Shown here: piece by piece, positions 37,987-50,065 of the stretch
How the letters are laid out: each line of letters opens with the position of its first letter
Numbering within the stretch: the first letter of the stretch is position 1
NCBI GenBank assembly: GCA_900088475.1
Contig: FLMG01002277.1
Coordinates: 1 to 57,582 of the forward strand
DNA length: 57,582 nucleotides
Origin: Hyphochytrium catenoides
Lineage: Eukaryota; Protista; Hyphochytriomycota
Direction of reading: 5' to 3'
Translations under genes and position numbers: made by a program
The notes under the pieces: generated by a model
Seen by the model: the letters and a program-made list of their open reading frames with translations, nothing else
What the model was told of the DNA's origin: nothing
Databases searched by the model: none

Positions 37987-40216
37987 CTATTGTTGCTTGC
38001 AATCTACATCTCCCTCCTTAGTAGCTTTTGCTTTCGCGCGCTCTCGTCGAGTAGCTTCTTCAGCTTGCAAAACTGATCCAGGCTTCTCGTACTAATACGC
38101 AGGAGAAAAGCATGGTCAGAGACAGATCAATGAGTAATTGAAGTGACAGAGAGTGCTGGTTGGTAAAGGTTCAGACGATTGGATAGGGGGCTAGAGACAT
38201 CGCTTGAAAACAAAAGAGCAAGAGCAATTGACCACTAAGAGAGGGGCACTAGCAGGCTATTCTTCTTACCTCAATCACGAGAGTATTGTTCGAATAATTA
38301 AAACTAAGGGCTGACGACTCTAACGGCAGACCTTCTCTCACCATCGATGGCACTGCAAGACGCTTATAATACCTGGAGAAAGATTGAGGAGGAAGGTAGC
38401 TCAGTGACTGACTTTACGGGTCCTTCACGTGACTTCCTGTCCGGTTTCACTGTTGGGTCTCGAGCTTACTCTGCCGTTACCCTTAGGGCCCTCCACTCTT
38501 CTTGCTCTTCCTTCCATCCCCACGATCCTTCTCATCAACTTCTCTTCTATGATTCTTCTCATTACTCTCTCCTTGGCTGGGTAGACCATATACCCGAACA
38601 TGTCGGTCTGCCCCTCTGTCCTCTCCCTCCATGTATAAACTCTTTCTCAAAGAATGTGAAGAGGGTCTCTAACACTGCCTAAGAGCGAGCAGCAGAGACA
38701 GACAATGTGGCCGCTTACTTCTTATTTGACGTTCTGATGACGATCTCGTTCGTCTGTTTGTCTATAGACACATCGTATACATCCTGTACGTTGGGCATAG
38801 TGTTAGGGTTCTCCCCAGAACAAGACCTCAACGTGAGCGACAGACCTAAGCTCAAGCATAGGTCCAAAACCATTCCTCACTGTCACTGACTTTAGACCTT
38901 AAAGGCAGAGGCTTTGACGCTTAGCAAGAGAGCAACAATCAGCAGAAGACTATAAAGACAGGGAATGGCAATTAGAGTTGACAGCATAAGGAGAAGTAGC
39001 AGTGGTGTAAGATATTTGACGTACCTTGGGGTAAGTGAGGTTCCTTACCCTCCAAATCCAGGCTTCCTTTGTATCTCTAGGGCAGACGACGGGCTACAGG
39101 TGCCAAGCATTATAGCACGAAAGAGTTAATTAGATGTGGATTGAAGGCGTCCGTTTTGCCTCTACTTTTCTATTATTCCCTTTCTCCCCCGGTACGATCC
39201 TGCTAGCAGTAACACCGCTAGGAAAATATTCTTTGCTGTTCTGCTCTCCACCATTGCACGCCGTCTCTCTCTACCACTTCTTACGTTGGAGCTTTTCGCC
39301 ATGATGAGATGGGTAGTACTCTTCTGGCCGGGAGCCTTGAACAGCCGTTTAGTCAGTGTAGTTATCCGTATAAGGAGCGTTTAGAGCCATTTGAAAGAGG
39401 TGAGTACCTCCGCTGGGTCACCAATCTCGTACTCCCAAGGTGTCTCTTTCCCTAGCTTTGTCCGGCCCTTCCACCTTCGAACTTTCAAGAAAGAAGAAAA
39501 GGCAGGCAAAAGATAGGTAAGAGCTTGGATGAGGCGAACAGAGAGGCGACGACAAAAGGTGTAGCAAGAAGGTGTTCTGATACGAAAGAGAAGCACTGTG
39601 GCACTAAGGATCTATTCGTGACTTGTCAGCAAGAGAGTTTGGCGTACCTATGAGCTCATCAGTCATCATATCGTATTCTTCCACCTGTAACACACGTGAG
39701 GCCATGCAAATAATGACTTCGGACCCGGTCGGCGAAGCAGATTGAGCAGGATGCCGAGGGGAGATAGAAAAAAGGCTACAAGCACTAAGAAGAACCCCAG
39801 ACAAGCTAAGCAAGGTTCCAGTGAGGGGAGATCAATTAGAAGGGCAACAAGGGTTTAGGAGATCTTAGAGAGCGGGCACCGCGTATCCGAGGGAAAGTGC
39901 TTCAATACAACGACAAACATCAGGAGTGCTACTAGGCGACTAAACGTAGTCAAGAGCAATGTGTGGTGGGCTACCATTTCCACGCCGTCGGGATAGACGG
40001 TGGACAACCGCTTCCTTCCTCCGGCCACCATTGCCGTAGATCTTCCAGTTCCATGCTTTGAGAACTGAAGCCAAGGGTGAGAAGAGTTAGAAAAGATCTC
40101 AGGTAGCAGGGGAAAGGACCCACAAGCTCTGAGGGAAGCCATCTCACCAATGAACTAAGAGGGTTAAGGAGCAAAAGGCAGGTTCACTCAACACAGCCGA
40201 TCCAGATCCTTACCAT
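37987..40216 (-). CDS. DPCD: Protein DPCD (deleted in primary ciliary dyskinesia) homologue, ~9 exons
   Basis: Spliced translation: GGRKRLSTVYPDGVEM|VEEYDMMTDELI|VRRWK..LGKETPWEYEIGD..SSN|PVVCPRDTKEAWIWRVRNLTYPK|DVYDVSID..IVIRTSNKK|YYKRL..NNTLVIE|YEKP..EGDVDCKQQ*. The C-terminal CKQQ-type end is typical of the family. Confidence 0.9.
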
Positions 40217-41499
40217 AGTCAACTTGACCCTTGCGGCGTCTAGCGAACGCTTGCACTATCGGTAAGCCAGACGATTAGGCCTCCTCTTGTCGAGATTAGG
40301 CGAGGAGCTCCTTAACGCGGGGATTAGACGGGCACTAGGAAGATAAACGCTAAGGCACACCAAGCAGGTGCAGGTCTCAGGCCTACGTTTGGGAGACGAT
40401 CGTGGCCGACGTTCGCCTGGGCTAGAGATCAACAGAGTTCAAGGCAGCGGCCTCTGTTTGACGGCATTAGCTTGATGTTGCCGCGAGACAAAAGTGTGCA
40501 TGGAGCAAAGGCTGAGCAAAAACCTGGAAGCAGGACTTGGAGCAGGAGGACAGAAGAGAGGAAAAAAGAAAGGAAACAGAAGAAGTGACAGAGAGAGGAG
40601 GAGGAAGTGAAAGGGTAACAGTAGAGGACTAGCGACGTCGTTTCCTAACCGGAACGATGACTGCTGATTCTAAATTAAGTCTATAATAGGCCCAATTATT
40701 CATAACCAGAATATCTTCTAGGCTACAGTATGATCTCCGAATACTGTGAAGTTGATGATGATGATGTTGTCCTCGTTGTCGTCCTCCTCCGTCGCTGCTC
40801 CTCCTATAAATTATCCTTCTTCTTCGATGATCGGTGGAGGATGGATGATGATGATACAACGGTCCTCGTGGTGTTCCCATCCTCGATCCTCCCTCCTCCT
40901 TCTTCCTACGAGTAGTTGGTCTTTTTGCCGTGCTGATGCCATCATCCCACCACGAGCTGGCCGGCCATGATCAAACTTATTAGTAGCCTTCTTCTTCTCT
41001 CCTTTTTATAATCTTACGAGAACCTCGATAGATGATGGTGGTTGTTCTTGTTTGTGTTGTTGGCAGTAAGCAGCAATCATCATCATCATCAGCGTTAAAG
41101 AAAAACCACCGACTACTACAGTTCACAAGAAGGCCGGTTCGTGGAGGAGGTGGTGGGCGCATCGGGAGTGTTAACAGGTGCTAGTGGTGGAAGGCGCGAA
41201 ATGAGGTGCTGTTGAATAGGGGTCGTCGGTGAGTGAGTAGCTCATTCATCTAGAAGGAAGAAGAAGCTTCTTCTTCTTCTTGGGAAACCAAAGGTCTGTT
41301 GGATAATGCATCACACAAACTTAAAAAAGAGTTATTGACTTCCACCAGTACTGCTTCTTGCTCAGTGTATGACGAGAAAAACGACTGAAGATTACCATGA
41401 AGAAGGAGAAGTACACACCACACTTTACAATTAATGGAAGACTTCTCTAGGCAAGGGGTCATGGTTACGAGAGTGATCAATAATAAGCGAGAGCCTACG

Positions 41500-42270
41500 G
41501 CAAAGCATTGGCGTATATTATTATCACGACGAACGGGATGACTACAAGCCCGCTGATAATAATGAGTGTTCACTTTTGTCTTTTACCTATTGTACTACCA
41601 GCGTAGTGAACTGAATCGGCTTCCATGACTACTAGTCGGTTTGGTCGGTTGAGGAGGAGCACCGCGAAGGAAGGATACAAGACAAGGAAGAGGTAAAGAC
41701 AAAGAAATGGAGAAGACCTTTCTCACCACAACAGAGCTTCTTGGTCAAAAGGTAAGCCACCACTCATCAAGACAGCTGTGTTTACACCACCAACATGGTC
41801 CACCCCCGAAGAAGCTCTTCTTGTGCAAGCAGTTCTTATGAACCTCTTCCTAGTAGTAGCAGGTCCTTGCTTCCAATCTCCCTCGGCCTAATCAGTCGAT
41901 AGGCTTCTTCTCAACTAAAATCTGAAGAGAACCCCCGATGTATGGGATTGGACAAAAGAAAGCCATAACCCAGACATCAGTCACCCAATATGAGAATGAA
42001 AGTTGTTGATGGTTCTGTGGTGCTTTGGGCTGTGGACAGTAAGAAGTCTTCTCTGCAGATCGGCTGGCGCGCAGCAGCCGCTGATTGTTGTTGCTGCACC
42101 GCTATTACCAGCTCGCTGTTGCTGGTATCTTCTTGGGCATGCCGCAGATCATCTCTCTTGACATCAATCTTCCCTGGAAAATACTTCTAGTTCTGGACAA
42201 TGGTAGATTATCTGCTCGTCAGTGCAAACTGCTTGACATCGATCAGTGTCATCCTCGCCCATCATCAACA
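41500..42270 (-). mobile_element. Possible highly decayed Ty3/Gypsy pol relic (RNase H end followed by integrase zinc finger)
   Basis: Minus-strand fragments YFPGK (cf. YxPGxxNxxADxLSR), PADLQRRLLTVH..HH (cf. integrase H2C2 lead-in) and IRPREIG occur in Gypsy order. They are broken by frameshifts, stops and trinucleotide expansions. Confidence 0.25.
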
Positions 42271-42466
42271 TCATGAACAGTCAGCAGGGATATGTGAGAT
42301 AGCCCACTCATTCAGTCAAATTCAATGTTGAAGCTTTCCTTCGAACGTTAATATACAGCTTATTTGACACTATAAACCTTATTTGACACCTCATACAGCC
42401 ACATACTTGACGCTTGTGGTAGGCACAAATGTAAGTCTTGGTAAATTTACTCACTTCCCCGCTTTT

Positions 42467-42503
42467 TTCAAATTCTTTGAATTTCAAATGCCAAGTTAAC
42501 GGT
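42467..42503. promoter_or_regulatory. Cluster of three CHR-like TTTGAA/TTCAAA hexamers plus a MYB/MSA TAACGG site upstream of KNL1
   Basis: ttcaaa 42467-72, tttgaa 42476-81, ttcaaa 42483-88 and taacgg 42497-502, in an AT-rich stretch ~670 bp before the ATG. Confidence 0.4.
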
Positions 42504-43157
42504 CACTTTGACGGCTTTCCTTGGGTTCCTACATTCCAAGTCCCGGCTTTACATATCTCAATCACACTCTGTCTTTCACAGACTTCTGTGTTACTTATAG
42601 ATTTACTTGCGGACTTACGTCGCTCTGTCATCCACTTCCGCTGACAATACTCCAAAATATCTCTTCCATTTCATTCCTCCCGTCTCTCTTTGGGGATGGC
42701 GGATCTCTGTCTCCCAAGTATATCCGCTAGTTATTGCTTGGAACAGACACTGCGGCACAGAGCTTGAAACTTGGCGCTGCTGCCGCTGTGAAACTTGCTG
42801 GCGAGACGCGGATCTGGAGCTGAGCGTCTGCAGATCGGAGATTTGAAGATCAGTTTCGCAGATTTATCATCCAGCCCTGGATTTTTTCGAGGTAACCTTT
42901 GCTTCTGCATTGCTGTTGATATGGATAGTTAGTGGTGTTGGCTGGCTGAACACGTTGTCTTCAAGAAGAAGCGCGAGCCTTCCGCTCCTGTCAATCCTTC
43001 AACCACCACTCCGACCTTCAGGGTCTTGAGCCTTACTTATGGATATCTCTGTCGCTTCTTTCCAGGCTCTTTAAACCCACTCTTCATGCGGCAAAAGCAA
43101 CGAAGTTCGTCTTCAAAGCGACTGGTCGCAGGCTTTCTTTCTTTATTCGGCTAAAAG

Positions 43158-46100
43158 ATGGAATTGCTGAGAGACCAGCTCGACACAAGATCAGGACACA
43201 AACGACCATCGTCGGGGAGGAAAGAAGTGAGTCCCACCCCACACTTCTTTGCCTTCTGCCATACATAGCTCTACCTCTGATCCTCATTATTTGAAGCTTG
43301 CTGCGTGGTGCTTCCTCCTTCCGCCTTAAGGATTATAGCGTGATGGAAGGCCATTCACAATTCAGAGTCCTCCTGTTGTCTTATCTCTTACTCTTCCTTT
43401 CCTATACAGCGTCTCCCTCTCTCCAGCCTCAGCCCTAACGGCGGCTGGAGTCAAGAAGAGTTAGGAAAGAGAAAATCTCCAGCGAGAAAGAAACTCAAGG
43501 CAGAGGACCCTGCAGAGATGCAATCTCACCGAGAGGTAACTCATGTTCTCTGGGCTTGGATCTGCCTGTTGTTTCAGTCTGTCGTTCATTGTGATTCTTC
43601 GACAAGTTGCCTTCCCCTCTATGTAAGTCGAGTGTGACGCTTTGGTACGTCTATGTGTAACAGGACCGTACCGCGAGTCTTACAAGCATAATTCGGCTCC
43701 AAGAAAGCCTTTCTCCTCAAATGAGAGGTAAGACCCAAGTCATTGCTTTGTCGTGGACACCGCGCTTTCAGTGGCCCTCTATAACTGTTTTAGACTTGAT
43801 GTTGCACGGCAAGGGGTCTAACGTCTCCTCTCCTGTTTGGCAGGGCCACGTGCCTTCAGTCCGATGTCCGTATCCTCCGCAGGAGAGGATTTGGGCTTCT
43901 ATACTCCTAACCAAAGCGAAGCAGAAAAGAGCTTCCGCTCAGAGCTAAGCAGCATATCTAGAAATCTTGATGAGGAAGAGTTAGCGAAAACCGTGACGGA
44001 GAAAGAGAAACAGAAAGATGGGGGAGCAAGAGCGAGTGGGAAAGGAGGCAGGAGAACAGCTTCTCCCTACACCCTTCGCTCTCTGATCGAGCAAAATGAG
44101 AATGTTGACGTGCAGAATGGTACAGAGCCTCAGGTCGAGTCTGAAACGAAGACAACCACACCGAAGAAGTCCACTCCCAAGAAGAATAAGAAAAGCAGAA
44201 GAAACACTGCCTCTCCTGGCGCTTTGAAGGACCTTCTGACACTTGCTGACGATGATGATGAGAATGAGGAGACCTCAGGTGCTCCGTTCTCTAAGGCTCC
44301 TTCGTCTTCCTTTGTCATGGACAGTCCAGCCAGATCTACCAGAAGCGCCACCCGCCGCCAGACTACGTCTCCAGGAATGTTAAGAAGTCTTATTGCGGAA
44401 GAGGAAGTGAAAGAGGAGGAGGAAAAAAAGAAGTCCTCACGTAAATCCAGAAGACGGACTGCATCTCCTGGCGTCCTTCAGGACCTCCTCGTTCAAGGCG
44501 CAGAAGAGGAAGGACAAAAGGAAGAGGCACCCGCTCATCCTCTCCCCTTGGAGGACAAATTCCAGTCTCAGAAGAAGAAGTCTGGGAGGAGACAAACTGC
44601 CTCACCTGGCGCTGTCCTTGAACTTCTACATGACTCTCCTTCCTCTCCTCTTCCTTCTCAAAGACGTGTCAGCCAAAGGCGGCGGAACACCGCCTCCCCT
44701 GGAGCTTTGAAGGATCTGATCTTTTCTCCAGAAGAGGCCACAGAAAAGAAAGAGAAGGAAGAAAGTCCAATGCAGGACTCGCCAGTTCAAAATAAGAGGT
44801 ATCCAAAGTTCTTTGTGTCCGCATAATCTCTCTTGTTTGATAGACTGACTGTCAATCTTTACCGCTCCTTCATCTCTACTAAAGGTCAAACAGACGGAAA
44901 ACTGCCTCTCCTTCCACTTTATTGGAACTCATTTCTTCATCACCTGCTGAGGGAAATGAAGAGACACTTTCTGCATCTCCGCCTATGCAGTCACCTCCTG
45001 TTTCTACAGAAAGATCGCTTGCGCTTGGAGGAAGGCCAGAGGTCAACAAAGAGAATGTCTTTGTGGAACCTACGCCTGTAAAGGTATGATTTCGATCAAG
45101 GGACTTCGTAACGTACGGGTTAACGCGAGAAAGAGGACGAATAGATGTTGGCAAGAGAAAAGAGAAGCAGAGATAGCCAGCCCCACAGCTAAGAAGATGA
45201 CTGACGGGAAAAGCGTAGGATTGGGGACGCCGCTTGTACGGACATGACGAGAGCGAAGGAGGACTTACTTAATTCCTTATCAGCAGGCCATGAGCGCCTT
45301 AAAGAGTTGCTTGAGCTCTCACAAGGGGGACAAGAAAGCTAGGGGCAAGAGCGTCGTGTTTGGCTCGCCAAGTAAGGAAGAGAAGTGCACTTAGGATTTT
45401 GCCTACGCTGTCCTTGTTTTTATTTGTCCTTTAAACGTTGCTGTTGATTAAGTAGTATATGGAATGTTGCTCGTGGATGTATATGGGTTGTTGCTCGTGG
45501 ACTATCAGCCTTACCCTTCGTGCCTCTTTACGGAAGTTGCTCGTTACGCTCGCCCAGCTCTTCGCACTGTTCTTTATCACCGGGGATCACTCCAATCTTT
45601 ATGGTATCTAACTTGTTCCCAACCTACGCCTGTGTGTTGATCTTCAGCGGGGGCTGAGTTCAGGATTGATGATCCTACTACAAGCTTAACTCCTCTGGCT
45701 AAGCGAGATGTTCAGCGCTGGTTCACGCTTGAAGAGAAAGAGGATGAAGAGGAAGAGGAAGATAACGATGAGCAGACAAACCTTAACAGCTCACTTCTGG
45801 AGGAAGCAGACGAGCTGGGGTCTGATTCTGAGGGCAAGGGGCGATTCTCCGATGAGGCGCTTAGTAAAGAACAAATGCCAGATGATGAAAAGGAAGAGAA
45901 CAATACTTCCTCCCCAGATGCTAAGAGCTTGGATCAGTTTGGCTCATCTCCCAAACGCCCTCGCAGCGCTCAGCGGTACGTTGAGGCCCCAATCCTCCTG
46001 ATAGCTCGTCCATCAGTCCACGCTCTTAATGAGACTATCCTCCAGAAGCTCACTCCCTCTGCTTTAGCAACAGGCGATCTTCAATTCTATTGAGGAAAGG

Positions 46101-49100
46101 GGTTTCCACTCCAGATGATAAGCTATCCATCAGTCGCTCCCTTGCTGAGGAAGATCAAGCAGAAAGCCAGAATGGAGAGAATATGGAGGTTGATGATGTG
46201 ACTGCCGAGGTCAAGTTGCCCCTGTCAGAACCTCAACAGACTAATCCTCAGAATCAGATGGGGGTGACAGAGCTTCAAAACTCTTCGTTTTCCTTCTCTG
46301 ATTCCGAGGAAGAGGAAGAACGACAACACGAAGAGAGAACCGTAGAGCTTGGCACTCTTCGCTCACTTGCAGAGGACGATACCCAGAATTGGAAGCCTCA
46401 TGCCGTCTCCTCTACTACTTCCCTTTCCATGGCCCTGGCGGACGAGGATAGGACCACCCAGCTTGGTACCTTAAAGGATCTCATCTCAGAGGAACTCACA
46501 GAAAATCAAGTCCCTCTCTCACCCTCACAAGCTCCTCTTTCTCCAGCTATGGAAAAGGAGCAAAAGGAAGAACTTGAGTCTACGCAGAAGGTTGTGGAGC
46601 GATCCTCCCCTTCGCCCCTCCCTGCCGGAAGAGAAAGTCTGCCTCTCTCTCCGGCTTCTCCCGCAGAAAGGGAGAAGCACAGACTAAACATCAGCTCCAT
46701 GTCTTTCACATATTCTGATTCTTCTCTCGATCAATCAGATATCCTCCAAGAGTCAGCTATCAAGGGCTCACTTAACAAGGGAGAGGAAGATGAGGAGGAC
46801 TTCCCACCCACCCAGAGGGAAGACGAAGACGAGGTTGAGGCAGGGTTCACACAAGAACTCTCTTCATCTCCAGCTTCCAGCCCTGTCCACCATGCTTCGC
46901 CTTCCCAAGCAGAGCGTAGGCTCTCTCATATCCCTCCAGAGCAGCAGAGCGTGACAAAGAAGCTCTCTATGAGGGCGCAAGAAGCTCTTAGGGAGACAGT
47001 GAGTGAGATAGAGGAAGAGTTTATCTCAGCGCCTCTTTCATCCAGGAAGAGCGTCGGCGCTGCAAAGAGAGCTGGAGCCTCTCTGACGCCGCGACCTCGC
47101 GCTGGACGGCCCTCAAATGCGGCACAGCTCCTCAGAGGAAGGATTGAGAGTATGAAGCAAGGCCAGCAAGAAGAGGAAGACCAAAAGGAGGAGAGGGGCA
47201 GACAATCTCTTCTTCCCCAATCCGCTTCTCGTCGGTCTAGTATTGGCCTTCTTTCTGTCCCTTCAGAGGTCCGCGAAGAACCGGAGCAGCAGGCCAAGAT
47301 GACGGTTGAGGAGTTCCTCAGCTACTTTGAGATACCTCTGAACTGGGCACCATCCACGTCGCTTGATAAGGTGAGCGCCAATACGCTGTGGTTACTTCCG
47401 CATTAATGAGGAGTACTCAATTACTACTATATACTATATCCCTCGCTTGTTCTTGCCTCCTCTGTACTTCGAGTTATCCGTCAACTCAGATAGCCTTCTT
47501 TGACACCTTCAGTTACTCGGGGCTACCTTATGCAATAGTTCAAACCTCATCTTTTTCATATGGCATTCTCTTTAAACACGTCTTTTTTGTGGTCTTTGTT
47601 TGGTTAGCTCTCTCTGGCTACTGAGCTGAAGAGCGCACCGGAGGGTAGCGTGCCCCGGCCATCTGCACGGCTGCTCCGCTGGGGCTGTGAGGAGCTGCGC
47701 GGTACTGTCAAGGCACTTACAGAGGTGAATGAGACAGCGATCAAGGAGATCAATGAGGAACAACCACCTATCCTTGAAAAGGTACGCATTATTCCCGTTG
47801 TTAAGGCTACTCCTGTCTCCTGGCTGCACATATAATCATAAACTCTTTCAGTTCATCTCAATCCTTTCGCAGAGCTCTCTCTGAACCGTCAGATATTTGC
47901 TCTCCTAACCATTGCCTTTGCACCTTGCGGTCTCGCCTCACTTTTTTTTTCACAGGGGTTGCGAGCCAAGCAGGGCTTCTCCTCCAAGTATCTCTTCTCT
48001 TCTTCTCTCCTACAAGCACGACAGTATGAGGAATTCAAAGTCAGAACGGGATGGTACGAATGGAGACAGAAGCTGGAAGCAGGCATTCTCTCCGAGCTAA
48101 ACGAGGGAATAGAGAGACTTGACGAGGACCTGCGCTCTGTTTCTTCCGCAGTCTCTAGCCAAGAAGAGGTTCTTGCCCTTCTGCAGCGTAAGTCTAGAAA
48201 TTGCCCGCAGAAACGTATGCCCAGCGCCCCCTAACTTCTCTCCTGGCTTGCTTTTTCTCTTCTCCATGTTATTTGCTCTCTCGGTGTTTCAGGCGAGCTG
48301 GACTCTTGCTCTGCTGAGATGGAATCAGTGGTACAGCGTTGTGCCTTAGCTGAGGCTATCATTGAACAAGATTCCATTGAGAGAGAGTACCTCGGAGAAA
48401 CCGTCAAGTTGGAAGAAGAGCTTGTCGAACTTGAGGAGCAAAAAAGAAAACTTGATGAAGAGATTGCCAAGGTAACATGTGCGCGTAAGAGCACCCATAG
48501 GTCATCATTAAAGTTGCTAGTGCCTACATGCACAATCGTCCGATAACTGCCGGTAGGAAACGGAGCAAAGGGAAGTAAGAAAGGGACTACCCTCCTGGGC
48601 TCAAGAGAGATAAAGGAGAGATGGGAAAGATAAATTGAGAACCGAACTGCCATTTAGATTGAACCTGACTGTTTCCAATCGTCAGTATCAGGCCCAAGAG
48701 AAGGCGCCCCAGGAGATGGAAAAGCAGTTGCAAGGAGCAATGACAGCTAGCAGAAAAGCGACCGAGAGGCATCAGCTGCTCCGAGCTCTACAGCTTTGGG
48801 ATCTCTCTTTCCCTTCGCCGTCTTCGCTACGGCTCTCATTTACCCATCCTAACAGCTCCTGCACTGCTCTAACGTTTATGACCGAACAGATGGTAGGAAG
48901 TGCTGCTTTACGTCGCAACTGTTCCGTTCTGTCGTCTATTTTGATCGTCGCAGTCTTCTGCTCTGGCTCTCTTCCACTGGTCGTTATCTTGAATCTCAAG
49001 CACCCTTCTACCCCTTGCCCAGGCTTGTATCTGATCGTCTTCACGTTTCGCTGTTTCATTCAATCAATCTCCAGGGCAACCTAAGCCTTAAAGTTGACTA

Positions 49101-49642
49101 TCATCGCCCCATACCAAACGGAGGGAAAGAAGACAGCAGATCACTGTTCTGTGAGCAACTGCTGTCCTCTGTGACCTCGTCTCTCAAGGGAAAAGTGGTT
49201 GAGGCAGGACATCTCCCCTCCATTGTCAGAAAGACGGAGCACTGCTTTGGCAGGCTACACCTTTTTCTTGAACAACTCTTCACCCTTTGCTCACTCTTTC
49301 CTCTAGCCTTTTCTCTATCTCAAAGCAAGCCAACTGTGACGGTCCCTTTTGTTTCTAAGAGCAAGGAATTTGCTTTGGAGATCTCTTTCTCAGTGTCTGC
49401 ATCTCAGTCCGTCACAGTCGAGTTCAGCGTGGACGTCAAGTGCGGAGAAGTAAGTCTCACTCGTTTACACTGTTTCTCTTTGCCCCTCCCATGCCACTTA
49501 ACTTTCTTTGCTCGCCTGCTCTCTCTCTCTCTACCTCTAGGTCTCACAGTCAGAGCTTCTGAACCTGGTTCGAGAGACTGAAAGCGGCTTCCCTAACCTT
49601 CCCAATGTCTGTGAGGCACTTAACCGCAGGCTTCAGGACTGA
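43158..49642 (+). CDS. KNL1: Kinetochore scaffold KNL1/Spc105/Spc7, ~13 exons
   Basis: SILK/RVxF-like pair LKSCLS..GKSVVFGSP (~45290-45371). Large acidic S/P-rich disordered region with MELT-like repeats (ERTVELGTLRSL, DRTTQLGTLKDL). Spc7 region MTVEEFLSYFEI..LLRWGCEEL..EEQPPIL..GWYEWRQKL, then coiled coil and a beta-rich tandem-RWD-like C-terminus ending ..LNRRLQD* (TGA 49640-42). Confidence 0.8.
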
Positions 49643-50065
49643 GAACTACCTACTCCATGTCTCACACTTTCTTAAGGTTACTTTCTCCTTGTATGAGCCT
49701 TGTATCATCTAATTATTGAATGGCAGACTTTTCATAGCACAGAGATGCCTTGTTTAGTTAGCTACTCCTTGTCCACGACCCCAGAAGAGGCTTGATCTAC
49801 CTCTATGAGCTCTCTAGCAAAGTTTAGCTAGCGCTACGTATCTCTTCTTTCCACGTTGCCACTCGCACCTCGTCTACCTCCCGAATCACTTGCCTCAATC
49901 ACAGCGCAGAGCTTCATAATCTCCCTCCTTCCTTCACCACTTAGTTAGGTCTCGGTCGAAAGTGCTATTCTTAGCGGCGTTAACCTTGGCACGCTAATGG
50001 CGAAAAGTAAAAGCTCAACAAAGGGGTTGGGGATGGAGGTTTCTCAGCGCATGGAGAGGGGTACC

